From the IMG/VR virus record IMGVR_UViG_3300025930_000007, positions 124,001 through 188,000 of that record: DNA of 64,000 bases. One strand, written 5' to 3'. Both the position numbers and the translations under genes were made by a program. The notes under the pieces are model-generated. The model worked only from the letters and a program-made list of their open reading frames with translations. It was not told the DNA's origin and ran no database searches. Below, in pieces: positions 36,432 to 47,700 of this stretch. Numbering within the stretch: position 1 is the stretch's first letter; every line of letters begins with the position of its first letter.

Positions 36432-37525
36432 GTTCCCATCACGATCTTGGAGAAGTCGGCCAGGCCCTCCGATCCGATGCGCTCCATGCTTCCGAGATAG
36501 ATATCGGTGGTCTTGAGATCGGCATGGCCGAGGCGTTCCTTGATCTCCTTCACGTCCTTCCCAAGTTTCTTCATCACCCTGGCTCCCAGGTGGCGGAGGC
36601 CGTGCATGTGGATGTTCACGATGTCCGGATCTAGGCCTGCCTGGGCGCCGTGGCTCTTGATGAGGGCGTCGAGGGAGGAAGCGGAAAGCGGCTGCTCTCC
36701 TACCTTCATCTTGATGTTCCGGGCCCGGTTGAGGTACTTCCCGGCGTCGGTGGTGGCGATCCACGCGGGCGAGCTCCCCTTCAGGATGCGTCCGGCCGAA
36801 TTCCAGTAGTCCTGGATGGCCTTGATGATCTCGTCGGTAAGGTCGATCAGGATGGGGTGGCCGCCCTTCTGGATGAAGCGGATGTAGGTCTTGCCCGAGT
36901 CCTCCTTGAAGTCGGAGAAGCGGATGCGGGCGATCTCCTGCCGCCGGCGGGTGGTCCAGAGGGTGGTGGTCATGATCGCGTAATCGCGCTTCCCGATGAC
37001 CGTCCGGCGATCGCAGGTCGCGAGGAGTTTGTGGTATTCCTCGACCGTGAACTCGCGTAGGTCATTGGATTTCTCGTAAGCCTGGATCTTGGGGAGGATC
37101 TCCTTGATGGACTTCCACGGATTCGACTGGATGATGGCGGTTCCCATGGTGTCCATGGGGCGCGCGAGGAAGTCGAAGAAGGAGGAGGCGGCCGCACAGT
37201 AGTTCCGGATCGTGCGGTCGGCCAGGCCCTTCTTCCGGAGATGGTCGACGTAGCTGGTGAGGTGGGTGCGTGTCACGGCAACGGGGCTCTGGAGGCCGGT
37301 GGCGGCCAAGAACCCGAAGAATTCGCGGAGCGCGACCTCGTAGGTGGTCCAGCTCGAGGGCTTCTTCATGGCCTTGAAGTCGTAGAGGGCCATGGCCATC
37401 TGCTGGGGCCAATGGGCGAGATTCCCTTTCACGGTGCTCTGCAGGTGGACCAGCTTGTGAGGGACCGGCGAAAGGGGTTGCGGGATAGGGGTCAGCGGGA
37501 AATTCTGTTTCGGCGTCTCGTCCAC
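36428..37525 (-). CDS. tyrosine recombinase/integrase (XerC/D-like)
   Basis: Core-binding domain; RDYAI..TTRRRQEI, QKGG, HGLRH, LGHADLKTTDIY catalytic motifs. Confidence 0.92.
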   Translation of the reverse strand: MDETPKQNFPLTPIPQPLSPVPHKLVHLQSTVKGNLAHWPQQMAMALYDFKAMKKPSSWTTYEVALREFFGFLAATGLQSPVAVTRTHLTSYVDHLRKKGLADRTIRNYCAAASSFFDFLARPMDTMGTAIIQSNPWKSIKEILPKIQAYEKSNDLREFTVEEYHKLLATCDRRTVIGKRDYAIMTTTLWTTRRRQEIARIRFSDFKEDSGKTYIRFIQKGGHPILIDLTDEIIKAIQDYWNSAGRILKGSSPAWIATTDAGKYLNRARNIKMKVGEQPLSASSLDALIKSHGAQAGLDPDIVNIHMHGLRHLGARVMKKLGKDVKEIKERLGHADLKTTDIYLGSMERIGSEGLADFSKIVMGT

Positions 37526-37531
37526 GGCTGA

Positions 37532-37560
37532 AGTGTAGTCTCGGTTTACCTGAAAGTCCA
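37532..37560 (-). promoter_or_regulatory. recombinase promoter with GTAAACCGAG box, probably leaderless
   Basis: TGGACT-17-TACACT, GTG 6 nt downstream. Confidence 0.6.
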
Positions 37561-37575
37561 GAGATCCTTGAAAAT

Positions 37576-37612
37576 GCTCGGGAGGCCCCTTGCGAGCCGG
37601 GGCCCCCCGAGC
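37576..37612 (-). terminator. GC-rich hairpin, probable terminator
   Basis: GCTCGGGGGGCCCC...GGGGCCTCCCGAGC followed by ATTTT on the - strand. Confidence 0.55.
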
Positions 37613-38197
37613 TAGGGCAGAGGTTCAGGTTGTATTTTGGCACCTGAAGCTGATGCATCCAAATTCCCAGCACACGATTTCAGGGCTTGGTGTGGCGATA
37701 AGCGCAGATCGGCGGCAGCCGCCATCGACGATTTTCTGACAGGCTCTTGCCTGGAAGTGCCAGACGGCGGAGCCGCACGCTAGGATTTTCAAGATCGCTT
37801 TAGCTGCAAGACGGCAGCGCCGCTCGACGCGAATTTTCCAAGCCGGAAGGCTTGGCCGGGAAAAGAATGCCACACTGCCCGGGAGGGCCAACGCGAAAAT
37901 TTTCAGGTGGCACCCATCAATTCCTGTTCTTCCTGTTCCAGAGGGCATCCTGGATCTCGCCAAGCTGCTCATTGTTCAGGGGAAGGATGTCCTTGAAAGG
38001 CAGCGATCGCATGGGTTGGCAGACATCACACATGACCTTGGCCTTCATCTTCACCTTCATCTTGAGGGAGGAAGGGGCGATCCAGACCTCGAGCTGGCAC
38101 TTCTCGCACTTGTCCTTCTGCATCCCATCCACGATCAGGACTTTGGGATTCCCAACCCGGTAGCAGAGAATGATTACCCCCTCATCATCAGCCATGC

Positions 38198-38584
38198 TTA
38201 TCTCTTCCTGGCTTCTTCCGCTTTCTGGACTGCCTCCCGGGCCACTGGCACGCAATTCTTGCACTTCAAGACCGCGCGATCCACTCCCTCCCAGAATTCG
38301 GAGGCATGAACGGCATAGGTCTCGAAGAACTTGTCGAACATTTCCATGAAGGCGATCTTGGCATTGATGGGAGCCCCGGTCAGCGGTATTTCATCGCCCC
38401 CCTTGGTGGAATAAAGGAGGGTCTTTCCGGTCTTGAGGCGGCCGACCCGGACGAAAGTCTGATCCATCCTATCGAGGCAGACAGCGGGGCTGTCGATCAC
38501 ATATTGATCCGCCAGATCAGTGGCGAACTTGGAAAGAGCATCGATGGCCGCCGAGATGGTGTCGAGGACGGCATTGTTCGGCAT
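38198..38584 (-). CDS. hypothetical protein
   Basis: 128-aa ORF with GAGG SD. Confidence 0.55.
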   Translation of the reverse strand: MPNNAVLDTISAAIDALSKFATDLADQYVIDSPAVCLDRMDQTFVRVGRLKTGKTLLYSTKGGDEIPLTGAPINAKIAFMEMFDKFFETYAVHASEFWEGVDRAVLKCKNCVPVAREAVQKAEEARKR

Positions 38585-38586
38585 CT

Positions 38587-39033
38587 TTACCCTCCTCTCG
38601 CCCATTTCATCATGGATTCGAACACGATCCCCGAAGGCGGCGGATCCGCGAGTTCGATGGCTTTCTCGAGCGGGACTCCGAGCGCCTGGGACGCGATCGC
38701 CGCGGCGAAGACGCGGGAACGATTCGCTCCCGCCATGCAGTGGACGAGGAGAGGGTAGGTCCCCAGGCGGCAGGCGAGATTGAAGTACTTGGGATCGGTG
38801 GGATTCACTTCATCGACGGGAAGATGGAGGTGGATGATGTTCGCCGGCACTTTGACACGGATGTCATGGGCGACGGTGAGCACGGCCTTGAGCCCCAACT
38901 TCTGGAGCATCTCCCCACTGGAACAGATGTCGATGGCCTCCGCGGCGCCGCTCTGGTAGAGGAATCCGGTGACGATCTGGCGGGGACCTCTCACGGTCGC
39001 CTTGCCGATGATGAAGAGGGGATCGCTCATCAT
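38587..39033 (-). CDS. dual-specificity/tyrosine phosphatase-like protein
   Basis: LLVHCMAGANRS (HCxxGxxR) P-loop; HLPVDE. Confidence 0.85.
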   Translation of the reverse strand: MMSDPLFIIGKATVRGPRQIVTGFLYQSGAAEAIDICSSGEMLQKLGLKAVLTVAHDIRVKVPANIIHLHLPVDEVNPTDPKYFNLACRLGTYPLLVHCMAGANRSRVFAAAIASQALGVPLEKAIELADPPPSGIVFESMMKWARGG

Positions 39034-39190
39034 TTCACCTGTTTTTCCATCGGAATCACGCTCCAGACATCGCACTTCTTGCAGTAAGTCATCCAGTGGC
39101 GGTCCAGTCCAGAAGTCCCCCCATCCCTTCCGGTATTGGGATGTTCCAGTTGGGCTTCTACTGGATTCTTGCAGTACAGGCACTTCACAT

Positions 39191-39415
39191 TCATTTGGGC
39201 TTCACGAACTCCAGGCTGCAGCCGAGAGCCGCCTCCATCATTTTCCTCGCCTTGTGGGGAGGATAAAGCCTTCCATCCATGAACTTCATCACCATCTCGA
39301 GAGGGAGTCCGGAGATTCCAGCCAGGTCCTCGAGGGATATCTCCATGGCCCTCATCCTGTAGTGGATGAACTGGGAAATGGAATTGCACCAGTCTTGGTA
39401 GGTGTGCTCTTTCAC
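39191..39415 (-). CDS. XRE-family helix-turn-helix protein
   Basis: RMRAMEISLEDLAGISGLPLEMVMKFMDGRLYP; GTG start inferred. Confidence 0.65.
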   Translation of the reverse strand: MKEHTYQDWCNSISQFIHYRMRAMEISLEDLAGISGLPLEMVMKFMDGRLYPPHKARKMMEAALGCSLEFVKPK

Positions 39416-40360
39416 TTCAGGAAACTCCGAAGGATGGCGTCCACCTCTTTCAGGCTCACCTTGAAGAGGATGGCGACTTGGCTCCTGGAGAATCCGCTTC
39501 GGAAGGCCGTCGCGATGCGAGCAGCCTTGGAGCCTTTCACCGTCCGTGCGCTGCCGCGCGTCATGGGTTTGTTCCCTTGGTTGAATTGTAGTGAACCTCG
39601 CAGGGCAGTTTCTTGACCGGGTTGTTGCTCTTCTCGCAGCTACAAAGCGTCCCGTGGGTGAAGAGCAGTTCCTTGATGAGCGGCTTGATCCCAAGCCCGT
39701 CGTAGCAGGGTTCGCAAACCTGGGCTTCATGATACTGGCCGTCCTTGTCGATCGAGCCGTATCCCCACAGCCCTTCCATCTGCATGTACTCGAAGTTCAT
39801 GTTGCAGTCGTCCCGGGTGGACTTCCCGCACTTGTCGCAGAGAATGTCCTCCCAGTTGTCGGTCGAGTCGTTCCCCTTGAGAACCGTCGTGCCGTCCTTC
39901 TTCGGGATCTTCAAGAAACTCTCCCCTGGTAGGGTTTCAGGCTCTCCCCATCCGGATCATGGCGCTTGCGCTCCGCGCGTGTGGGCTCTTGATAGAGCTC
40001 CGCTCCGCAGGCCGTGCACCTCCGGTGCGCTTTGCCATGATGGACCCCGCCGAGCGAGATCCCCGCGAAGAGCCATTTGTGCTTGTGTCTCATTCCAGAT
40101 CCTTTCCACCGATCCGGGGCGGCATCTTCTTCATGTCGTGCGTGTCGGAGAGGTCCACCGCCTTCTCCACCCGGCCGTAGATCATCCCGTCCAGGACCTT
40201 CTGGGCATCCTCGCGCTTCTTGAAGTACTCGGATTCCCGCGAGTAGGGCCCGCAGTCGCACTCCGTCCCGATGTAGTAGGCGCAGGTATAGAGCACCTTG
40301 GGGACCAGCTTGACCCCACAGTCCTCGCAAGTCTTGGGCGCCCCGTTGCCGAGCGTTTCG

Positions 40361-40654
40361 TTAGGGAGCATTCTCTCTCCTGAAATCCTTTTCGCCGTGC
40401 GTCCAGTCCAGCAGTCGGGCCCATTCGTGAAACTCGCAGCGCGTGCAGACCACCGAAGGATCAAGCTCCCCGCCGGCGGCCACCTTGTGATCCAGATGAT
40501 GGAGCGCCTGGCACTTCGGGCAGGACAAGGTCGGACTCGCCTCTCCCACCGTCCACCACCAGGTCGCCGGCGCGCAATCCGGATGCTTCTTGAACAGGAC
40601 ATAAACCCGTTGGTTCATTCCCGGGTCACTCCAGCGCCATTGCACTTCGTGCAT
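40361..40654 (-). CDS. DUF6527-like small Zn protein
   Basis: SCPKC...HKVAAGGELDPSVVC..CEFH....LLDW. Confidence 0.5.
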   Translation of the reverse strand: MHEVQWRWSDPGMNQRVYVLFKKHPDCAPATWWWTVGEASPTLSCPKCQALHHLDHKVAAGGELDPSVVCTRCEFHEWARLLDWTHGEKDFRRENAP

Positions 40655-41321
40655 ATTTGTGGAGGATTGGGGTCGGGGATGTAGCGTCCGGAGATTGACC
40701 CCGAACAGGTGCAGCCCGCATAGCTTACCCCGGGATTCTTTTCGTGGAAGGGGCAGGTATGGTGCGTGACTTCCGACACCATCTTCAGACCTCGCAGATC
40801 GATCATCATGGCCATCTCCTTTTCGAAAAGCACTCGGCCTTCGGCGCCATCCTCATGGAGCAGCTTTGACTTCTTCCAGGCGTTCTATCGCCAGGCGGAA
40901 GAGTTCACCGATCTGGTCGTTCGTGATCTGCTTCCTTATCCTCAGGGCCACAAACTCCGGATCGTAGCGGAGCTCGTGCTCCATATGGATCAGCATTCGA
41001 AGGCTGATCTTGCTCCGCTGGGTCCGCCAGTCGCCCGTCACCACCGTCTTCCAGCGCTCGATGTCGGCCTCCAGGATCCTGGGATGCCGGGCGTCCAGGG
41101 CCTCCGTCTCGTCCCGAGGTGCCTCCTCGATCGCCTTCAGCATCTCCTTCACCGCAAGCTCCGCCTTCTCCGCGCGGCAGGAAAGGCAGGGCTCTCCCCT
41201 CTGGATGCTGTACCAGATCACCCAATGGGCGTTGTGCCCGCAGGACAGGAACTCGGGAACTTCTTCCGGCCGCGTCAGGTGGTCGATCGGCCGCCCGCTG
41301 TGCGTTTTTTCAACCATTCAT

Positions 41322-41777
41322 TCACCAATACCGATGATGATCCTTACTGTAGTTCAGACTGTTCCCGTAGAAGGTCTCCAGGTCCGGGATGTCGTCGTCC
41401 GGAGCCACCAGGTCGATCACCGGCTGCTTATCCTTGTCTTGGAAGCGGCAGAGCGTCGACAAATACTTCAGCATCTCGAAGTAGCGGCCGCCGTCGGTGA
41501 TGAACCTCGAATGGTGATCATCCCCTTCCCTTCCCGCGTTGCGGATGATCATCACCGGCTGGCCGTCGAAATAGACTCCTCCCAGGAGCCAGAAGCGCCG
41601 GCCGTCGTAGTCCACGTAGCGGTAGACCTTGATCTGGACCTTCTCGTTCTTCTCAAGATCCAGGCGGTCCCAGACCTGCTCCAGCTCCGGAAGATGCTTG
41701 TAATAGCAGCCCATGAGCACCGAAAGATCCTTCCAGGTGTCTTCGGCGTCCCGGGCGTAGAGATCCGAGGGTTTCAT
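41322..41777 (-). CDS. hypothetical protein
   Basis: 151-aa ORF with globular composition. Confidence 0.6.
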   Translation of the reverse strand: MKPSDLYARDAEDTWKDLSVLMGCYYKHLPELEQVWDRLDLEKNEKVQIKVYRYVDYDGRRFWLLGGVYFDGQPVMIIRNAGREGDDHHSRFITDGGRYFEMLKYLSTLCRFQDKDKQPVIDLVAPDDDIPDLETFYGNSLNYSKDHHRYW

Positions 41778-44700
41778 TGCGAAACCCCAGCTTTCGGCGT
41801 AACTCCAGAGCCCGAAGTTGATCTATGCTTGGAGAGGCTCGAGAGGTCGGGTAATCTTGGTCTCCTCCTTGCGAGCCTTGATGGCCTTCTCGAGGCACTC
41901 GTTGCAGAGAAGGACAATGAAGACCACTTTGAGGAGCTTGCCGCACTCGGCGCAATGGACCGGAGGCTCGAACATCTTCTCTCTCCAGGGCACAGGATGC
42001 GAGGTTTAAAGTCCAATCCCGCCCCAAAGTTCCGATCATCCAGAGCCATGAAATCCTCAGGCGTTACGCGACTTCTCATTCTTTTCCACTTTCCGCACTT
42101 CCGAGCAGCAACTTGCCAGACATTCGCAGTCCGGAATGGTGCAAAACCGCACCTCCAGCTTGTCGGGAGCATCGATGTGCGGCGACCAGGTCTCGGGCTT
42201 GTGGTTGACATGCCCGCCCAGCTTCCTTTCGCACCACTCGCGGATGTCCCGGATGCCGATGTAGCTCACCCCGCCCACCACAAACTCCGGCAGATGCCCG
42301 CCGGATGCCGGCGCGCAGGGGATGTCCCCATAGGCCTTCTTCACGACCTCGAGGGCTTCGCGGCTGTCCCGGGTGTCATCCAGGTATAGGATCATGGATC
42401 AAACCTCCAGGACCTCGACCCAGTCCGGCTTCTGCTTCTTCCCGGTCTCGGGACAGAAGTAGGTCGCTTCCTCGATCAGCTTCTCGGAGCCCGCGTGGAT
42501 CAGGTAGGGAAGCATCCCGACCAGCAGCTTCTCGCAATGCGGACACTTGGGCAGCTTCATTTGTCCTCCAGCCTGCGAACACTGCCGAGATCCCGGGCAT
42601 CCCAGGAACTCCCATCCTTGTCGACCTTGATCCAGGGCACCGAAGGATCATCCTTGGCGAAACCGGTGATGGTTCCCTCACAGGACCAGGTCTTTCCGCT
42701 CACCCAGACCCGGTCGCCGATCTTCGGAATCCATTCCACTTTGGGCTTCGGCTTGGGAGGCTCCGCGGGCACCAGCTTGAATCCGATCTTCTCGAGGACC
42801 TGCCAGTCCTCCTCGCTCAAGGGCGGAATGGCCTCCACCGGAAGCCCCATGGCCTTGCGGCAATCCCGCATCGCGATCGGAATCCAGGCCTTCATCGCCT
42901 TCTGCGGATCCGCGGCATGAAGCACCGCATCGAGGGTGCCGTGGACCTCATGAATCACCTTCTTGAGCTCCGCGATCTCCTCCTGGAAGGCTTTCCGCTC
43001 GGCCTCGACCTTGGAGGCGATCCATTCGCGGCCCTGAAGGGTCGGCTTCGCGGCCGATACCTTCACCTCGCGGTCCTTCGCCGCGACGATGGCATGGTTG
43101 TCCACCGCGCATTCATCGGCACCCTGGGCGCCCTTGTAGCAGCCGCAGGTATTGCACCAGTAGTTCATTTGGATTTCTCGGCGGGAAGCACGTAGATGCC
43201 GCCCAGTTCGGTCCCGATCAGAACATAGATCATGGCGCCGGTGTCGGGATCAGTCCGCCGCATGACCAGCCCCGAGCGGATGCCGTTCGACACGGTCCCC
43301 AGATTGGTCCAGGGCCCGGGGTTCACCACGGCATCTTCCCGGGTATGGGGCTTCGCCCTGCTCAGGACGATGGCCGGCACGACGATCAGACTCGTGATGA
43401 TGATGGTGATCACCACGAGCAGGATGGTGCTTCCTGAGATCTTCATTTCGAATCCTTCCTTCTGCGAAGCTCGGTGAGCAGGCGATCGACTCCGGAATAC
43501 CACTGCCGCCGCTTCGCCGGAGACTGGAGATCAGGGTCGGTGCAAAGCTCTTTCGAAGCCTTCTTGATCAGCCGCTCGCGCTTCTTGTCATCACCGGCCT
43601 TGCTCATATCTTCCCCTCCCGTTTCCAGCGGGCCTCGGTCTCGGCGGCGAGCTTTTCATCGGCCGCCTTCCGCTCAGGACTGCGGTTATCGATGTCGATC
43701 CACATCTGGTGGGGGATGTTCCAGATCATGCCGGGACGCGGAGGACACTTCGGGTTGCGACGGTCGACCGGAGCATCCTTCACCTTCAGGAAGTTCTCAG
43801 CCGAAATTTTTCCGGTGGCATCGCAAGCCACACAGGGAAGCGGACCGCCCCACTGGGCCCAAGGCCAGCTCCCGGAGCCGAAACAACGGGGGCAGATCTT
43901 GTCCGCGCAGCACTCCTGGTCGCACTTCTGCCAAGCCCTGCAGACGGACTCCAGGCAATACCATCCATGAGTCCGATAGTCCTGATTGAGGTATTTCATC
44001 GGACGGCCGCATTTGGGACAGTTCATGGACGCCGATCTCCTCCCTGGTAAACCAGTTCTACCTGTTCCTTTGCGCCTGTTCCAGAGTTTTCTACGGCCGC
44101 CGAAGGAACCAGATCGAAGCGATCAGGCCTCCGACCACTATCAGGGCCACGACGAACATCGCGACCAGTCCAGTCAAGACTCCGAGACAGCCGGACTTTG
44201 TCGCAAGAAATTGTTGGGCTTCTGGATTCCTCACTCCACTCTCTCCCATTTGTTCGAAGCATGAAGTATCCGGAAGGTAAGCCGGATGTCTCTCTGAGGA
44301 TACACCTGATTTCCAACGCGCTCCTCGATCCAGACCCCGGTCGCATCCTTCTCGGTCTTCACGATCTGGTCGCGCTGGATCTCGGCCAGGGCCTTGGATT
44401 TTGTGATCGAACGGAGATCGACATTCTCGAGGCCCCCTTCGGGGTTCGTTTTCCTCACCCAGACCAGCCAGACCGCGAATTCCTTCCAGTCGCGCAGGGG
44501 CCAGGGCTTGTTTGGATCGAAGGGCATCTTTACTTCCCGAATCCAATGGCCATCAAAAGATCACGTCCTATCTCCGATACCCCGCCCATGAGCGTCGCAT
44601 CATGCCTCTGGGGTTTCGTCCATTGGGACCGCTCCATGATGAGCGCCCACCAGAAGATTTCGTAGCAGAAGTAGTAGATCCCCAGGAGCAGGACCAGAGG

Positions 44701-47700
44701 GAAGATCAGGACTTTGATCGTATTCTTCATCTCAAATGTCCTTTTCGTAGCCGTCCAGGACCTTCTGCATCTCCGTGACCCGGTCGAGAGCCATGATGGC
44801 GCTCTTCACGTCGTCCGACTTACCCTTGATCGTGAAGACCAGGGCTGTTGAATGCAATACCACCTTCATCTCGTCGATCAGGCTCGAGAGGTCGGAAAGC
44901 CGGTTCCGGATCACCCGTCGCTGGCCCCGAAGCAGGTCCTCGAGGTCGAAGGTATGCCCTAGCCGACAGGCGATGATCTTCCCGGGTTTCGGGTTCTCCT
45001 TGAGCGGAGCGTTCCCGCAGATCGGGCAGCTCAGGATTCCCAGCTTCTCGATGGTCATGGTTGAGTTTTCGGAGTCCCATGCGAAGGCATCGGAGTCGGA
45101 ATCGGCTTCTTGGGAGCCCGAATCCTGAGCATCGCCTCGGCCATCTCGTCGGCCAGTTCGGCAACCTTATCAATCTGGAGTCGGCCATCCTTCCAGATCA
45201 TGTAGGGGTCTCCCGCCAGAAGCCCCTGCATCGCCGCCTTGGCCAGTTCGTCTCTGTCGCTCATCACCATCCACCTCGGAAAAATCTCGCGCGGCGCTCC
45301 GCGCAATGTTTAAGAGGTCACCTGCCTCATCGACTCCAAGACCTCGATCTTCCAGACCAGCAGCATCCGCCGGCAGCCGTCGCAGGCCGTGATCTTCTCG
45401 GGCTCGTCGCGCATGATCCGGAAGCAGTCCTGGGCGAGCGGACAGGTCAGCGCGTGCGTGAGCGCTTCGCGCAGCAGCTCGTTCCGAGATTCGCTCATTC
45501 ACTCAGTCCTTAAACAGCGGCAGCAGGCATCTTCATGACCTTCCCAGTGGAAGCCGCACTGCTCATGGCCCCAAATGGCGCAAGCCAGATGCCTCCACCA
45601 GCGGACCTTCTTGGGCTGGATGCACTTGCGGATCGGATGGGGATATTGCGGAGGCCCGAGCTTCTCGGTCTTCATGCTTTCCCTTCACCTCCGCGGATCC
45701 GTTTGGCGATGTTCCTCTTGGCGAGCCTGACCGTGGCCCGAAGCGCCTCCTCCATCCCCACCCGGTTGACGGCCTCGATATTCTCCGGAGGCATCGGGCC
45801 TTCCAGTTCCGGCTCGCTCTCCGCGACCTGGGCCGCCCATTCCCGAGCCAGGTCCCCGTTCGCGTTCGCCAGCGCCATCGCCCGGTTCAGGATCTTCATG
45901 GGATCGGGCCTCGACTCGTAGGAGAGGCCGATGATCTCCAGGCACAGGTCCTTGATCGTGGTCTTGATCTCTTCGGTCTTCATCACTTTCCCTTCCTGTT
46001 CTGGATCACCCCGCAGCGCTTGCAGCGGCGCCGCTGGTAGCTGTCGTAGCCGCTCGAGAGCCATCTCCAGGCCCACCACGAGTGACGGCGATGCTCATTG
46101 GTGCAGGGCATCTACTCCCCCTCTTTCTTCAGGAATTCCCCGCGCTGCCAGCGCCGGAGGAGCTGCTGAGCGTCGTAGCGGATGGCCGCCGGATACTCCT
46201 CGGAATCCACGACCTTCATCAGGATTTCCATCGCCTCGTCGAGCGCGGAACTCAGCTTGTCTTCGCGATTCATGTTTCACCCATCTCCTTCCGGGCCTTT
46301 CTCCTGGCCCACCTGTTGTGCCGGCGCTTCCAGTCCCGGGGGAAGCTGTTGCAGCAGAGGCACCATGGATACAGCTTCCGATGCAACGTCGCGCGGGTCG
46401 GTCGCTTCATGGACACCTGGAACAGATCCAGCCCTTGTCGGTCATGCGGAACGAGCGGCTCATGCTGGCATATTCCTTCAGTTCCGCGTTGCCGTCGAAC
46501 TTGCAGGCCGCGCAGACCCTGTCGGCATGCTGCGGATTATCGCACCAGTCCGGACAGTTTTTCCCAGTCAGGACCTCGTGCGCGAGCTTCCCCGAAGCCG
46601 AGAGCGCGTCGACGGCCAGCTTCTCAATGGCGTCGAAGGCGAAGCGCGTTTCCTTCCGGTAGCGATCGTCATCGTAAGGGTATGGACCGCGGCCCTCTGA
46701 GATCCAGCGACGACCCTTGACTTCCTGACAGATCGCCGCGAGGGCTGATCCAAGACCGGTCTTGTCCCGATCCAGGGCAGCCTCGAGCTTCTTGATGCGC
46801 TCGTCCGCCAGCTTGCCGGCCTCGTTCACCAGGCGGAAGGTTTCCTTCCACTGATCCTTCTGGAGATCGAAGCCGACCCGGTTCACCAGGTCGCCGAACT
46901 CTTCTTCATTCATTTCCCACTCGAACCTTCTTTTTCCCAGCCTCGATGGCCTTCGCTCGAGACTTGCTGACCCGCTGCTCCTCCTCATAAACCGATTCGA
47001 GGAAGATGTCCTTCATGACGACGCTGCCGATATTGTGGCGATGAACCAGCTCGAGAACCTCCCCAGCCACGCCCTTTTCACGGAGCATCTCGGCGATGAC
47101 CTCGTTGGCATCCTTAGCCATCTTGCGCTCGGCCGCCTCCTTCTCGTCGCATGTACGGCCCCTCTGATGAGGACCTTCGCAGATCTCTCCGTCGAAGGTC
47201 TCCCGTTCGTGGGCTTCCAGGCAGTCGTCATGCATCCGCCAGTTCTGGAATTCGCCCTCCCATTCGCCCACGTACTTGAAGTGGCGCTCGCCGATCGCAA
47301 TGTCATCGTTACAGTAAATGCAGCGATGCACCTTCTTGGCGACCGGATGCTCTCCCACGCCGAAGCTCATGATGCACCTCGATCAGACGCTCATCCACTT
47401 CACGCCGGCGCCCAGGTGCTCGACGTCGCCGCGGCGGTGCAGATGGGCTTCATCCTTCTCGCAAGCCAGCTTCCCGAGGGTGGAATGCGTGTAGGTGGAG
47501 GGACACTTCCGCTTCATCCCATCAGCCAGAGCCCAGGCCTTTTCGATGATGTCCTTCCGCTTTTCGACGTGCGGAGGAAGGAGCAGGGCGGCGATCTTGG
47601 CGAGGCGATCCTTCAACTCCACGTTCTCAGCCTCGGCGGTCTTGATGTAGTGCATGGCGTAGTGCCGCATCGGGCCGGAAACCTCGTCTTCGCTTGTGAC

